A stretch of 64,000 nt of DNA, from contig CAWDSQ010000035.1 of NCBI GenBank assembly GCA_963804955.1, positions 1-64,000 on the forward strand, written 5' to 3'. Source of the stretch: an uncultured delta proteobacterium (GTDB lineage Bacteria; Desulfobacterota; WTBG01; CAIYCZ01; CAIRTM01). Position 1 is the stretch's first letter. Each line of letters starts with the position of its first letter. A program made the translations under genes and the position numbers. Positions 51,948 through 63,617 of this stretch are shown piece after piece. The notes beneath the pieces were generated by a model. The model had not been told where the DNA came from. It was given only the letters and a program-made list of their open reading frames with translations, and searched no databases.

Positions 51948-53867
51948 TTACCGCTGAAGAAGCCTGCCCCGCTTCCAGGAAGAAGACAAGCGCTGTGCCT
52001 CGGCAATTTGCTGACCGTTCATATCTTTTTTAAGCTTGTTTTGAAAGGTGCGATAGCGGGCTTCACCCGGGTCCTGAGCCGCTGCCACGTTCAGCCATGC
52101 GCAAGCTATAACTAAATCCTGCGGCACCCCCGCACCCAAAACATAGAGCCTCCCAAGGTTGCACTGCGCATCAGCATGCCCCTGGGCAGCGGCCTTCTGA
52201 TACCACTCGGCAGCTCTATCCATGTCCTTCGGGACTCCATCGCCCTGGTCATAAATAACCCCAAGATTATACTGAGCTGCAGCATTACCCTGTGCTGCTG
52301 ACTTCTGACACCACTCGATTGCCTTGTTCATATTTTTAGGAACACCATTGCCGCTTGCATAAGAAAAGCCAAGGGTAGCCTGTGCTCCTGCATGCCCCTG
52401 CTCCGCCGCTTGCTGATACCACCCGATTGCTTTGACCATGTCCTTCGGGACTCCATCGCCCTTCGCATAAATAAGCCCCAGGTTATACTGTGCAGTAGCG
52501 TTTTTCTGTGCTGCTGCTGTATGCCACAGGTCAACTGCTTTGCTCATATCTTTAGGCACACCCTTGCCTGTCGCATAGGCAAATCCGAGTTCAACCCGCG
52601 CTTTGGCATTTCCCTGGTCAATGGCTTTTTGATACCATGCAACAGCTTTTTGCAGGTCTTTAGGTATACCGTCACCATTGGCATAGCTGAGCGCCAGAAA
52701 AAATTGAGCGGCAGCGTTTCCCTGATCAGCAGCTTTTTGATACCATGCAGCAGCCTTTTGCGTATTCTTGGGAATACCGTCACCATTGGCATACCTGATC
52801 CCAAGCAAATAGTGCGCGCCAGCGTTTCCCTGGTCAGCCGCCTTTTGCCAGCACTCAACAGCCTTTTTCATATTAAGAGGAGCACCACTGCCAGTGGCAT
52901 AACAAAGCCCGAGAGAAAATTGAGCATCAGCGTTTCCTCGCAAAGCTGCAAACTGGTACCACTCGACAGCCTTTTGCATGTTTTTGGCTACACCGTTACC
53001 CGTCGCATAGCAGAGGGCAAGGAAATATTGCGCATCGGCGCTGCCCAGCTCAGCTGCTCTCTGATACCAGTTCACAGCCTTTTTCATATCCAGAGGAACA
53101 CCTTCCCCCAGATTATACTTGAACCCAAGCTTAAATTGCGCACGGGCTTCTCCTTGTTCTGCTGCCTTCTGATACCAGTACAGTGCTTTCTCCATGTCTT
53201 TCGGGACGCCATCACCCTGATCATAGAGTAAACCAAGTTGAAACTGCGAAGGGACATATCCCCGCTCTGCTGCCTTTTGCGATGCTTCAAATAGTTTTTG
53301 CCACCACGCATAGCTTGCTTTGGAAGCATCGACGTCCAGATTATTATGCATGAGCCAAAATTTTAACTGTGCACGGGCAGCTTCCTGCTCAGCGGCCTTT
53401 TGATACCACTCAACAGCCCTGTTCATATCTTCCGGGACACCTTCTGGAATCTCATTGCGGAGATCAAGAAGAAATTTTGCGGCAGCGTTTCCCTGCGCAG
53501 CTGCTTTTTGTACCCATTCAATGGCCTTATTTTTATCTTCGGGAACACCGTCACCTTTAAGGTAACAGGCTCCAAGGGAATATTGCGCAGCAGCGTTTCC
53601 CTGCTCTGCCGCTTTTTGATACCACTCGGCAGCCTTTTTGATATCTTTTGGGGCGCCATCTCCATTTTCATAGATGACACCTGTTCTGTATTGTGCATCG
53701 GCATTGCCCGCAGCAGCCAGCTTGTGGATCCTGGTAAATTCTTTTGTTTCAGCAGCTTGTGTAGAGTCTTTTTTTTCTGCGGGATAGGAACGGTTGGCGA
53801 ACCCGAAGGATATAAGCATGAAAAGGGATATGCCTAAAAAAAATTTCAGGGAAATTCGAAGCGGCAT
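51948..53867 (-). CDS. Secreted Sel1-like repeat protein (about 15 repeats)
   Basis: 36-aa A.AQ..LG..Y..G.GVP.D..KA..WY.KAA.QG repeats; N-terminal signal. Confidence 0.92.
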   Translation of the reverse strand: MPLRISLKFFLGISLFMLISFGFANRSYPAEKKDSTQAAETKEFTRIHKLAAAGNADAQYRTGVIYENGDGAPKDIKKAAEWYQKAAEQGNAAAQYSLGACYLKGDGVPEDKNKAIEWVQKAAAQGNAAAKFLLDLRNEIPEGVPEDMNRAVEWYQKAAEQEAARAQLKFWLMHNNLDVDASKASYAWWQKLFEASQKAAERGYVPSQFQLGLLYDQGDGVPKDMEKALYWYQKAAEQGEARAQFKLGFKYNLGEGVPLDMKKAVNWYQRAAELGSADAQYFLALCYATGNGVAKNMQKAVEWYQFAALRGNADAQFSLGLCYATGSGAPLNMKKAVECWQKAADQGNAGAHYLLGIRYANGDGIPKNTQKAAAWYQKAADQGNAAAQFFLALSYANGDGIPKDLQKAVAWYQKAIDQGNAKARVELGFAYATGKGVPKDMSKAVDLWHTAAAQKNATAQYNLGLIYAKGDGVPKDMVKAIGWYQQAAEQGHAGAQATLGFSYASGNGVPKNMNKAIEWCQKSAAQGNAAAQYNLGVIYDQGDGVPKDMDRAAEWYQKAAAQGHADAQCNLGRLYVLGAGVPQDLVIACAWLNVAAAQDPGEARYRTFQNKLKKDMNGQQIAEAQRLSSSWKRGRLLQR

Positions 53868-54566
53868 TACGATCTCCTTAATGGAAAACGGCACGAACTA
53901 TATTCTGCGATTCTTGACCTAATGGATGCGCTATCAACCCGATAGATTTTTATGGGGTGCTGCTCACACGCTTTCCGCCACACGGGTCTTGCTGTAGACC
54001 CTCCCTTTTTTATCTCCGCCCATTGCCCGATTGGTACTATCCATGGCTGAGGTTGCAGGCACATGCGAGCCGCACAGGGGATTTTTGTTGGTTCATAAAT
54101 GAGATACATATTACATGCCTTCGCCATCTGTGCATGTGCCGATACAAAATATTCATTTCTCTGCGGAGGGCAATTCGTACTATGCTCAGCAGGGGGAAAT
54201 ACTGCTTCACACAAATCTTCTTCTATGATAATTTTTATATTATTTTAAAACAAAAGAAACAAGTGTTTTATAGCGAAGCGGTTTGCACGAACAGAACTAT
54301 AACCTGCCACCAGGCCTTTTTTCTTCTCCTGCTGCGCCGATTGAGAGCTCCTTTCTGGCGGGGCAGTGATTGCTGGTGTCGCAGATGGTGATATGTTAAC
54401 CGTCATGCATCAAGGCTCGGATAAGCAGAGAAGGCTGTAGTTGTTGCTGGTTGCCCCGAGAAAAATTATCCATGTGTCAACGGTTTGTGCGCATCATCCT
54501 GGCCGGTGAGCCTGCCGGATTTCATGCTGTGAATGCTGCGGCAGGGCTCTGGGTACGATCAAAGCT

Positions 54567-55028
54567 ATGAAAACAATTTTAGTTATATATCATTCCCAGG
54601 GAGGCACTACGGAGTGTATGGCGCGGGCTGTAGCCGATGGTGCGGCCGGGATGGAAGGGGCCTGCGCTCTTCTGAAGCGGGCCGTCGAGGCATCCCTTGA
54701 TGATCTTTTGAGCTGCGACGGCCTTGTGATCGGCTCGCCTGAGTACTTCGGCTATATGGCAGGAGCTGTGAAGGATTTTTTTGACAGAACCTATGAAGCG
54801 GGGCATACAGGGAGAAGGTCTTTTCGTAAGCCGTATGCCGTTTTTATTCATGCAGGCAATGACGGCACCGGCGCCCTTGCCAGCATCGAGCGCATCTGCC
54901 GCGGGTATACATTTAAAAAAGTATATGAACCCCTTATTGCCTGCGGCGACGTGACGGACAGTGTGCTGGCGCGGTGTGTAGAGATGGGGCAAACCATCGC
55001 GGCAGGCTGTGTTGAGGGGATTTATTAA
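54567..55028 (+). CDS. Flavodoxin family (WrbA-like) protein
   Basis: YHSQGGTT..MA, GSPEYFGYMAG..KDFFDR, AGNDGTGA. Confidence 0.85.
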   Translation: MKTILVIYHSQGGTTECMARAVADGAAGMEGACALLKRAVEASLDDLLSCDGLVIGSPEYFGYMAGAVKDFFDRTYEAGHTGRRSFRKPYAVFIHAGNDGTGALASIERICRGYTFKKVYEPLIACGDVTDSVLARCVEMGQTIAAGCVEGIY

Positions 55029-55230
55029 GCAGTGGGAAACATGAAATCAGAGCTTGCATGTGTTTTGCTGGCACGCATCGCTATATATTTACGCTATGCC
55101 CTGAACGCGGACAGGCTCAGCAGTTCTTCGCGGGATGATTTTTTCAAGGCGGTAAAAAAAGCGCAGATCGGCGCTGCACGTTTAACCGGCCTGTATAAAC
55201 GCAAATAAGTTATTCAAAACGGGGAGAGAC

Positions 55231-55635
55231 ATGGAACACATTTCAGATCCTGTAGCCTATGCGCGCGATGTGGTCGGCGGCGACCCCATGGCAACATTTC
55301 TCGGGGTGCATATCGATGAAGTGCGGCAGGGCTATGCCCGCTGCTCGCTTTTAGTAAAGCCTGAATATTTGAATGCCGCTGATCGGGCCCATGGGGTGAC
55401 GGTCTGCGCCGTTGCAGACCAGGCTTTTGCCGTCGCCTGCAACTCTCTTGGTACAAAAGCCCTCGCGGTGAGCCTTAAGCTTACCTATACGGCTGCTGCG
55501 CCTCCGGGTGATATTATCGTTGCCGAGGCAACGCCGGTCAATGTGGGCCGCAAGGTAAGCGTCTGGAAGATCGAGGTGCGCGGCAGGGAAAATGGCCTGA
55601 TTGCCTCCTGCGAAGGAATTGCCTATCATAAATGA
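55231..55635 (+). CDS. PaaI family hotdog thioesterase
   Basis: DP.A..LG, LN....HG.....AD.AFAVACNS. Confidence 0.85.
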   Translation: MEHISDPVAYARDVVGGDPMATFLGVHIDEVRQGYARCSLLVKPEYLNAADRAHGVTVCAVADQAFAVACNSLGTKALAVSLKLTYTAAAPPGDIIVAEATPVNVGRKVSVWKIEVRGRENGLIASCEGIAYHK

Positions 55636-55654
55636 ATGCTGCGGGAGAGCGCTC

Positions 55655-56053
55655 ATGCTGAAGAAAAAGAGCAAGGGCATGATCGAGGCCGAGATCAGCG
55701 AGGCCATGATCAAGTTTGAAAAAGAGTATATGGGCCGCGGGCCACTGGAGACAAAAACCTATATTGTTGAAGATATGGTCATCGTGCGGCTTACCAAAGT
55801 GCTGACCCGTGCAGAAGAGCAGCTCACCAGAACAGCCGAAGGTCTGGCGCTCATAAAAAAGGTACGGGTGACGCTGCTTGAAGAGGCCCGTCACCTTCTT
55901 GAGGCCATAATCAAGGATATCGCCGACAGTCAGGTGCTGAGCATGCACACGGATATCAGCACGACAACCGGTGAGAGGGTTATCATTTTCGTTCTTGACC
56001 GTAACCTTGAGGAGGTGTTAAAAAAATCTATTGAAAAACAGAAAGTGTTATGA
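55655..56053 (+). CDS. DUF2294 / MpsC family protein
   Basis: KG.IEAEISEA..KFEKEYMGRGP, L.IKK.R..LLE, V.SMHTDIST.TGERVI.F.L. Confidence 0.9.
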   Translation: MLKKKSKGMIEAEISEAMIKFEKEYMGRGPLETKTYIVEDMVIVRLTKVLTRAEEQLTRTAEGLALIKKVRVTLLEEARHLLEAIIKDIADSQVLSMHTDISTTTGERVIIFVLDRNLEEVLKKSIEKQKVL

Positions 56054-56162
56054 GATAATACAAGAAGATTGGAAGATTGTGTTAAATACCTGAGGCATGA
56101 CACGGGGCGTTCGCGGGCAAAAACCGGCGAAATCCCTTGAGCCGATAAGGTGGTTAATAAAT

Positions 56163-56222
56163 AAGCCAATATCAGACAAGCCCTCTCAATGCGGGCCCGC
56201 TGATATTGGCTTTTTGTTTTTT
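56163..56222 (+). promoter_or_regulatory. Terminator/attenuator hairpin with internal loop directly abutting the pckA SD
   Basis: AAGCCAATATCAG-acaa-GCCC-tctcaatgc-GGGC-ccg-CTGATATTGGCTT-TTTGTTTTTT-GGAGGTG. Confidence 0.7.
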
Positions 56223-56232
56223 GGAGGTGTTT

Positions 56233-58000
56233 ATGGATAGAGCTAAATTCATGATTTTTTGCCCGTAAGGTGATCATCTATACCAGGGGCAAGGTATGCG
56301 AAACGCCGGAAGAGTTGCTGTCAAGCCCGTTGTTTACAGAACTGCTGCGCCGGTATTTTGATGAGCTTGCCGAAAAGCAGTCCTACCTTATAAAGGTGCT
56401 TGGCGACAGGCCGGCCGATGCCGAAACGATCAGCCTGCTTGTGGAAACACTGCGGCATCTTGCAAAGCTGCCGTATACAAAAGTACCCAGCGTGGTGCCG
56501 GGCGCCGAGGTGTTTTTTCGTGACATGGCCCTGATCAGCGAGTTTATCGAGCAGCTTTATAACTACTGGCGCAGCCATGACCGGTTTCTGCTGTGCGATT
56601 CCGAAGGCGACATTCTTGACCAGCGCCCCTACAGGACGTTCAATTTTTCCATAGAAACGCTTACGCATCTGATCCGGAGCGTCTACCGCGACATCCAGGA
56701 GAATATCACGCTGTCGCATCCGCGCATTTACCGTCAGGTCACGGCGGGAGCTGAAATAGCAGCCATATCCCTGCCGCAGAAGCTGCAGCTGCCAGGGGGT
56801 GTCTATGAGAAGCTTTATAAGATACCGGTCATCAGGCAGGTTCTTATCAATCCGCCCCTTATTTTGAACCCGCCCATGAACAAGCGGACCGGGCAGTTCG
56901 TGAAGGTGGAGCGCAACCCGCTTGAGTTAGTGGAGTTTCATCAGGATGAATGGCTCTGCTATCCGGCCAAGGTCGGACCGCTGTTGATACTGGTGTATTT
57001 TCACGCCCGTTTTTTTGAGCTTGGGTTTACCCTGTGCAATCTGTTCGAGCTTGCTGAAGATGAGGATTTGAACAGGCCACCCGATGCTGTCTATGCCTTC
57101 GGCGCGCCAGCCGGCAGCCTTGACGGGCTTGGCGTTTTCCCGACGGTTTTCCATGAAGATGCTGAACATGATTTGCTTGTTGCAGCAGCGCCCTGTGATG
57201 ATGCTTTCGGCTATTTTGGCTATCTTAAAAAAATGGTGCTCACGCTGCACAATATCAAGATGATGCAGGCCGGAAAACTGCCATTTCACGGCGCATTTGT
57301 CAAAATGCTCCTGAACGATTACGGAGAGAAAAATATCCTGATCATCGGCGACACGGGCGCGGGCAAGTCCGAGACACTGGAGGCCCTCAGAACCCTGGGT
57401 GAAGGCCGCATCAAAGGCATGTTTATCATTGCCGACGATATGGGCTCCCTTGATATTGATGAAGAAGGCCGCATCATCGGCTATGGAACCGAGACAGGCG
57501 CTTTTCTGCGCCTTGATGACCTGCAGGCCGGCTATGCCTTTGGACAGATCGACCGTTCCATTATCATGAGCCCCAGCCAGGTGAATGCCCGGATCGTGCT
57601 GCCCGTCACGACCTATGCTATGGTCATGCAGGGCCACAGGGTCGATGTGGTGCTGTATGCCAACAACTATGAGCAGGTTGACGATGAGCATCCGGTCATC
57701 GAGCGGTTTACCTCTGTTGATCAGGCTTTCAGCGTTTTTCGCGAAGGCACGGTCATGAGCAAGGGCACAACTACCTCGAGCGGTATTGTGCACTCTTATT
57801 TTGCCAATATTTTCGGGCCTGCACAGTACCGGCAGGTACATGACCGGCTTGCCACGATATTTTTTAACGCTTTTTTCAGCAAAGACGTTTTTGTCGGTCA
57901 GATGCGCACACGCCTGGGCATTGCGGGATATGAAACCGATGGGCCTGCCCAGGCTGCCGAAGAATTGCTTGAGAGACTACAGCAGGCAACGAATAAGTAG
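56233..58000 (+). CDS. pckA: Phosphoenolpyruvate carboxykinase (ATP)-like, atypical family (frameshift near 56258)
   Basis: YFGYLKKM.LT.HN, PFHGA, GDTGAGKSE P-loop, IADDMG, GTE.GAF.R.DDL; true start MDRAKFMIFARKVII after SD GGAGG. Confidence 0.75.
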
Positions 58001-58144
58001 AAGCCTCAAGAAGGGTAGTGCTATGCGCTGTATTGTGTTTGCTAATTATATTATTAGTACCGCCAAGCAAGCGGCTGGTTTTTTCTTGCGGCGCGCACTT
58101 GCGGATTCATAAATTTACATAGGAACTATAAGTAGTTATATATA

Positions 58145-58174
58145 TTGACAGGGGAATGCTTCGTGTGCTATAAA
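58145..58174 (+). promoter_or_regulatory. sigma70 promoter of the por operon
   Basis: TTGACA-N18-(TGc)TATAAA. Confidence 0.6.
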
Positions 58175-58231
58175 TTCTCCTCTTAAATTAGAAAATGAGT
58201 GGGGTTTTGAAAATATACAGGAGGACACGGT

Positions 58232-58783
58232 ATGCTTGAAGTTCGCTTACATGGAAGAGGCGGGCAGGGATCAGTCACGTCTGCCGAGCTGTTTGCCGAA
58301 GCGGCAATCGGCGAGGGCAAGTACGCCCAGGCTTTCCCCAGCTTCGGTCCCGAGCGCCGCGGCGCGCCGGTGCGGGCCTTTATCCGCATCGACGACAAAG
58401 CCATTCAGCTGCGCAATGAAATTGACGAGCCTGATGTGGTGCTGGTGCTTGATCCCACACTGATTCGGGTGGTCAATGTGACCGAAGGCTTGAAAAAGGA
58501 CGGGATTGTCATCTTGAATACCAGCAAGTCCGTTGCTGAGATCAGGAAAGAGTACGGCATCACGGCAAACGTCGCAACAGTCAATGCCACCAGAATCGCA
58601 ACCGAAAATCTTGGCCGCCCCATTGCCAATACCACCATGCTGGGCGCCCTGATCAAGGTGACCAATGTTATTGCCATCGAATCGCTCAAGGAAGCATTCG
58701 GGCACCGGTTCGGCAAACTGGGGGAAAAGAATTACAAGTCATGCCAGGCAGCTTTTGGCGAGACGGTAATGGAGGGACGCTGA
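58232..58783 (+). CDS. porC: Pyruvate/2-oxoacid:ferredoxin oxidoreductase gamma subunit
   Basis: HGRGGQG.VT, FPSFGPERRGAPV, NT.MLGA. Confidence 0.93.
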   Translation: MLEVRLHGRGGQGSVTSAELFAEAAIGEGKYAQAFPSFGPERRGAPVRAFIRIDDKAIQLRNEIDEPDVVLVLDPTLIRVVNVTEGLKKDGIVILNTSKSVAEIRKEYGITANVATVNATRIATENLGRPIANTTMLGALIKVTNVIAIESLKEAFGHRFGKLGEKNYKSCQAAFGETVMEGR

Positions 58784-58784
58784 C

Positions 58785-59078
58785 ATGGCAAAAAAAGATT
58801 TTGAACTGACCTGGAAAGAGATACCTGTCGGCGTCATCGTGCATGAGCCCGGCAATGCAAGCGAATATCAGACCGGCGACTGGCGCTCGCAGATGCCCGT
58901 GCTGGACAGGGCAAAATGCGTAAAGTGCGGCATTTGCTACCGCTTCTGCCCCGAGCCCTGCATCGTCAAAGACGACGAAGGCTATTATGTGGCGGATCTG
59001 TTCTACTGCAAGGGCTGCGGCATCTGCGCCTATGAATGCCCCAAGGATGCAATAACCATCGTGAAGGAGGAACATTAA
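58785..59078 (+). CDS. porD: POR delta subunit (2x[4Fe-4S])
   Basis: TGDWRS..P, CVKCGIC...CP, YCKGCGIC..ECP. Confidence 0.93.
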   Translation: MAKKDFELTWKEIPVGVIVHEPGNASEYQTGDWRSQMPVLDRAKCVKCGICYRFCPEPCIVKDDEGYYVADLFYCKGCGICAYECPKDAITIVKEEH

Positions 59079-60255
59079 TGGCAAAACGAGTCGGAGCAGA
59101 AGGATCGTTTGCAGTTGCCGAGGCTGTTCGTCTTGCCGATACGGATGTTGTGGCAGCCTATCCCATAACACCTCAGACCCATATCGTCGAGCGCCTCTCC
59201 GAAATGGTGGCCGACGGCGACCTTAATGCAAACTTTATTTATGTTGAATCCGAGCATTCGGCCATGAGCGCCTGTCTGGGCTCTGCGGCTGTTGGCGCCC
59301 GCACCTTTACCTCCACGGCAGGCCAGGGCCTTGAGCTGATGCATGAGGTGCTCTATCTTGCCTCATCCATGCGCCTGCCGATTGTTATGGCGGTTGCCGA
59401 CCGTGCGCTGTCGGGCCCCCTGAATGTCTGGGGCGACCATTCAGACGCCATGGCAACCCGCGAATGCGGCTGGATTCAGTATTTCGGCGAAAACGCCCAG
59501 GAGGTGTTTGACCTGACCCTGTGCGCCTTTAAAATAGCCGAGCATCATGATGTGCTCTTCCCGGTCATGGTGCATATGGACGGTTTCCATGTCTCGCATG
59601 TGGTTGAGCCCTATTTGCTGCCTGACAAAGAAGAGCTCGGAGACTTTTTGCCCCCGATCGACTATCCCTATCCGCTTGACCCCAATAAGCCGGTAACCAT
59701 GGGCGCTTTTGCCCCGCCGGCGGTCTATTCCGAGTGCCGCAAGGCCCAGGATGTGGCTGTCAACAGCACCCATCGGCACCATCGAGAACGTGTGGAACGA
59801 ATTCGGCAAGCGGTTCGGCCGGCAGTACAAGCCGATTGAGACCTATAAGACCGAAGATGCCGAAACCATTCTGGTTTCTATCGGCAGCTTCAACCAGATG
59901 GCAGCGGTAGCAGTCGATAAGCTGCGCGTCAGAAGGCAAAAAGGTCGGCCTTGTCCGGATTCGCCTGTGGAGGCCTTTTCCGCTGCAGGCATTCCGCCAG
60001 GCAGTAAAGTCAGCCAAAAACGTTGTCGTTTTTGAGCGCTCCATGACCTATGGCGGCACGGTGGGCCCGGTCTGCGCCGAGGTAAAATCGGCGCTGTACG
60101 GCATCAAGGGCGCCCCGCGCGTCATGGATTTCATCGGCGGCCTGGGCGGCAGAGACATGAGCCCGAAGCAGTTTGAGGCTCTCTTCAAGCGCGCTCAGGA
60201 AATATTCGACAAAAACCTTGATATTCAATATGAAACGATTGGAGTGAGAGAATGA
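59078..60255 (+). CDS. porA: POR alpha subunit (two frameshifts)
   Basis: AYPITPQT, VESEHSA, DH.D, GLGGRD. Confidence 0.92.
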
Positions 60256-61182
60256 GCACATTTAAATACACTTCAAAAACTTAGAAGCGCCGGGGAACTG
60301 TTCATGCCCGGCCATCGCGCCTGCATCGGCTGCGGCGAAGTGCTTGCCATGCGCCAGGTCTGCAAGGCCCTGGGCAAAGACATTATCATCGCTAATGCCA
60401 CGGGCTGCATGGAAATCATTTCATCGCCGTTTCCCACGACCAACTGGGACGTGCCCTGGATTCACGCGCTGTTTGAAAACACCGCTGCAGTGGCCTCGGG
60501 CGTTGAGTCGGGCCTGGATGCCATGAAGCGCAAGGGCAGGGGCCCTGCGCAGGACGTGACGGTTGTTGCCATGGGCGGCGACGGCTCAACGTTTGACATC
60601 GGCCTGCAGTCGCTTTCAGGCGCCCTTGAGCGCGGGCATAATTTCATCTATGTCTGCTTTGACAATGAAGGCTACATGAACACGGGCATTCAGCGCTCCT
60701 CGGCCACGCCCTTCGGCGCCTCGACCACGACATCGCCGGTCGGCAAAAACAGCATCGGCCAGACAACGCAGAAAAAGGATATGCCCCTCATAGCCCTTGC
60801 CCATCATATACCCTATATTGCCACCTGTACGCCGGCCCATCCGACGGACCTTGCCAAGAAGATCAAAAAGGCAAAGGAGATCAAGGGCCCGGCATATATT
60901 CATGTGTTCAGCCCCTGCCCCACGGGCTGGGGAACGGACTCTGATGTGGCCATCGAGCTGTGCCGGCTGGCTGTTGATACGGGTGTTTTTCCCCTGGGCG
61001 AGTGCGTGTACGGCACCTACGCGCTCACGAAGCACATCAAGGAGCTCAAGCCTATCCGCGATTATATGAAGCTGCAGCGCCGGTTCCGCCATCTTTCCGA
61101 TGATGTGATCGATCAGATTCAGGCGCAGGTGCGTGAGCATTATGAAATTGTCAAGTCCAAGTGCGGCGTGGCAAGTAATTGA
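60252..61182 (+). CDS. porB: POR beta subunit (N-terminal frameshift)
   Basis: GH.AC.GCG, ATGC.E, GGDG, DNEGYMNTG.QRS, PCP.GW. Confidence 0.92.
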
Positions 61183-61342
61183 GTTTTGGTTTTTCGTGGA
61201 AAGCAGCACAAGCCTCCTTGCTACCGGAGGCTTTCTGCTTTCTTTTGACAGCTTCTTGAGAAGGCCCTGTCTTTGTTGCGGGGTGTGGTGTAAGTCCTGC
61301 ACCTATGCAGGTATGCGCTTTTTCACATGCGTTGGAGCACTT

Positions 61343-62366
61343 ATGAACGACGACAATCTGCGAAAAGGGCCATGGCAGGGCCAGCAGCCGCCCGATATCG
61401 CGGAGTTTTTAAAAAAGCTCCGCGAAGGACTGCCGGGGGCCGGTATTATCGGCGGCCTGATCCTGATCGCTTTCATCGCCCTGACCTGCTGCTACAGCAT
61501 ACAGGCCGGCGAGGTGGGAGTCGTGCAGCGCTTCGGGAAGTTCGTGCGCCTATGCAACTCCGGGACTTAACTTCAAAATGCCTGCGGGCATTGAGAGCGT
61601 CATGCGTGTGCCCGACCAGTATATCGCCACGGAAGAATTCGGCATGCGCACCGTGAACCCCGGCGTGCGCACCCAGTATGCCCCGGAAAAGCAGTTCGTC
61701 GACGAGGCGCTTATGCTCACGGGCGACCTTAACTGCGCCCTGGTGCCCTGGATCGTGCAGTACCGTATCAGCGACCCCTATAAGTATGTTTTCAAGGTGC
61801 GCAACCGGCAGCTCATGCTGCGCGACTTTTCCGAGGCTGTTATGCGGCAGATCGTCGGGGACCGCAGCATCAACGAGGTGATCACCGAACGGCTCGAGAT
61901 AGCAACCGAGGCAAAGCGCCAGCTGCAGGCATCACTTGATGCTGCCGAGACGGGCATTCAGGTGGTGAACCTGGAGCTGAAAAACACAACCGTGCCGGAG
62001 CCGGTGCAGCCATCGTTTAACGAGGTCAACCAGTCCGTTCAGGAAAAGGAGAAAATGATCTATCAGGCCCGCGAGGCCTACAATAAGATCATCCCCGAGT
62101 CAAGCGGCGAGGCCGAGCGCGCCATCAAGGATGCCGAGGGCTATGCCCTTGAGCGCATCAACCGCGCCACCGGCGATGCCAACAGGTTTTCCTTTCTGCT
62201 CAATGAGTATATCAAGGCAAAAGACGTGACGCGCCGCAGGCTCTATCTTGAGGCCATGGGCGCGGTGCTCCCGAAGCTCGGCAGCAAATATATTATCGAT
62301 CCGGAGCAGAAAAGCCTTCTGCCGTTTCTGAATCTGAATGAAAAAGCCGGGGAGAAGAAGCCATGA
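61343..62366 (+). CDS. hflK: FtsH protease modulator HflK (frameshift near 61555)
   Basis: QPPD, GVV.RFG, MLTGDLN, VQYRI.DP, VTR.RLYLE. Confidence 0.92.
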
Positions 62367-63315
62367 TGAAGCGTTATGCAGGAATTATCGCAGCACTGGT
62401 GCTCGGCTTTTTTATCTTCGGGCAGCCGTTCTACACGGTTAACGAGACCGAGCAGGTCATTATCACGCAATTCGGCAAGCCTGTCGGTGATGCCGTGACC
62501 GATGCGGGGCTGCATTTCAAGGTCCCGTTTATTCAAACGGTCAACAGCTTCCCTAAAAACCTGCTTGAGTGGGACAGCGATCCCGGCCAGATTCCCACGC
62601 AGGATAAAACGTTTATCTGGGTTTCCGCATTTGCCCGGTGGCGCATAAAAGACCCTCTGGCTTTCTACAAGGCCGTAAACAATGAACGGGCGGCGCAGAA
62701 AAAGCTTGATGACATTCTTGACGCGGCGACATATAATTTCGTGACCTCGCATCATCTGATCGAGATCGTCCGGAGCTCAAACCGGCTGATGAAGGCTGAA
62801 AACATAGTTACGGTCGGGCTTCCCGACAAGGCCGCCGAGCAGCTGCAGATAAAGGTGGGCCGGGAGGAAATGGCGCGTCTCATTCTTGAGCAGGCATCAC
62901 CCGAAGCTCGTGCAGTTCGGCATCGAGCTTGTTGATTTTCGCATCAAGCGCATCAACTATGTTGAGGAAGTGCTCAAGAAAGGTCTATGAGCGCATGATT
63001 GCCGAGCGCAATCAGATATCGGAAAAGTTCCGCTCCGAGGGCAAGGGCGAGAGCAAGAAGATACAGGGCGATCAGGAGAAGGAGCTGCGCCGGATTCAGT
63101 CCGAGGCGTACCGAAAAGTTGAAGAGATCAAGGGTAAGGCCGACGGCGAGGCTACGCGCATCTGCGCCGAGGCTTTCGGCCGCGACCCCGAGTTTTATTC
63201 ATTTGTCATGACGCTGGATATTTATCGCAATGCGCTCAACGCCGATACCAATGCGATACTGAGCACGAACAGCGATTTTTTTAAATACTTTAAAGAATAT
63301 AAACCGTCAAATTAA
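62363..63315 (+). CDS. hflC: FtsH protease modulator HflC (frameshifts near 62900-62975)
   Basis: TQFGKP, GLHFK.PFIQ, RWRI.DP..F, RM.AER....FRSEG, DPEFY.F. Confidence 0.92.
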
Positions 63316-63328
63316 GGAGGAACACAGC

Positions 63329-63604
63329 ATGGCACATAAAAAAGCGGGCGGCAGTTCACGCAACGGACGCGACAGCGCGGGCCAGCGGCTGGGCGTCAAG
63401 CGCTACGGCGGCCAGGTCGTCAAGGCCGGCAATATTCTCATCCGCCAGATCGGCAGCACGGTGCATCCGGGCAAGAATGTGGGCATGGGCAGAGACTATA
63501 CCCTGTTTGCCCTGATCGACGGCGTGGTGCAGTTTCAGCGCTACGGCAAAGACCGCAAGAAAGTAAGCATCATTCCTGTTTCAGCTGACGTTACCGCTGC
63601 ATAA
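63329..63604 (+). CDS. rpmA: 50S ribosomal protein L27
   Basis: [22 protein letters not shown]. Confidence 0.98.
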   Translation: MAHKKAGGSSRNGRDSAGQRLGVKRYGGQVVKAGNILIRQIGSTVHPGKNVGMGRDYTLFALIDGVVQFQRYGKDRKKVSIIPVSADVTAA

Positions 63605-63617
63605 GTGAAGGCAGACC

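Noticed and set aside
53895..54566. Riboswitch or gene in the divergent intergenic region
   Set aside because: Only weak hairpins and implausible ORFs; no recognisable motif.
56110..56150. c-di-GMP-I riboswitch (GGGCAAAAACCGGCGAAA)
   Set aside because: Lacks the complementary P2 strand, the GACGCAAAGC core and the tetraloop receptor.
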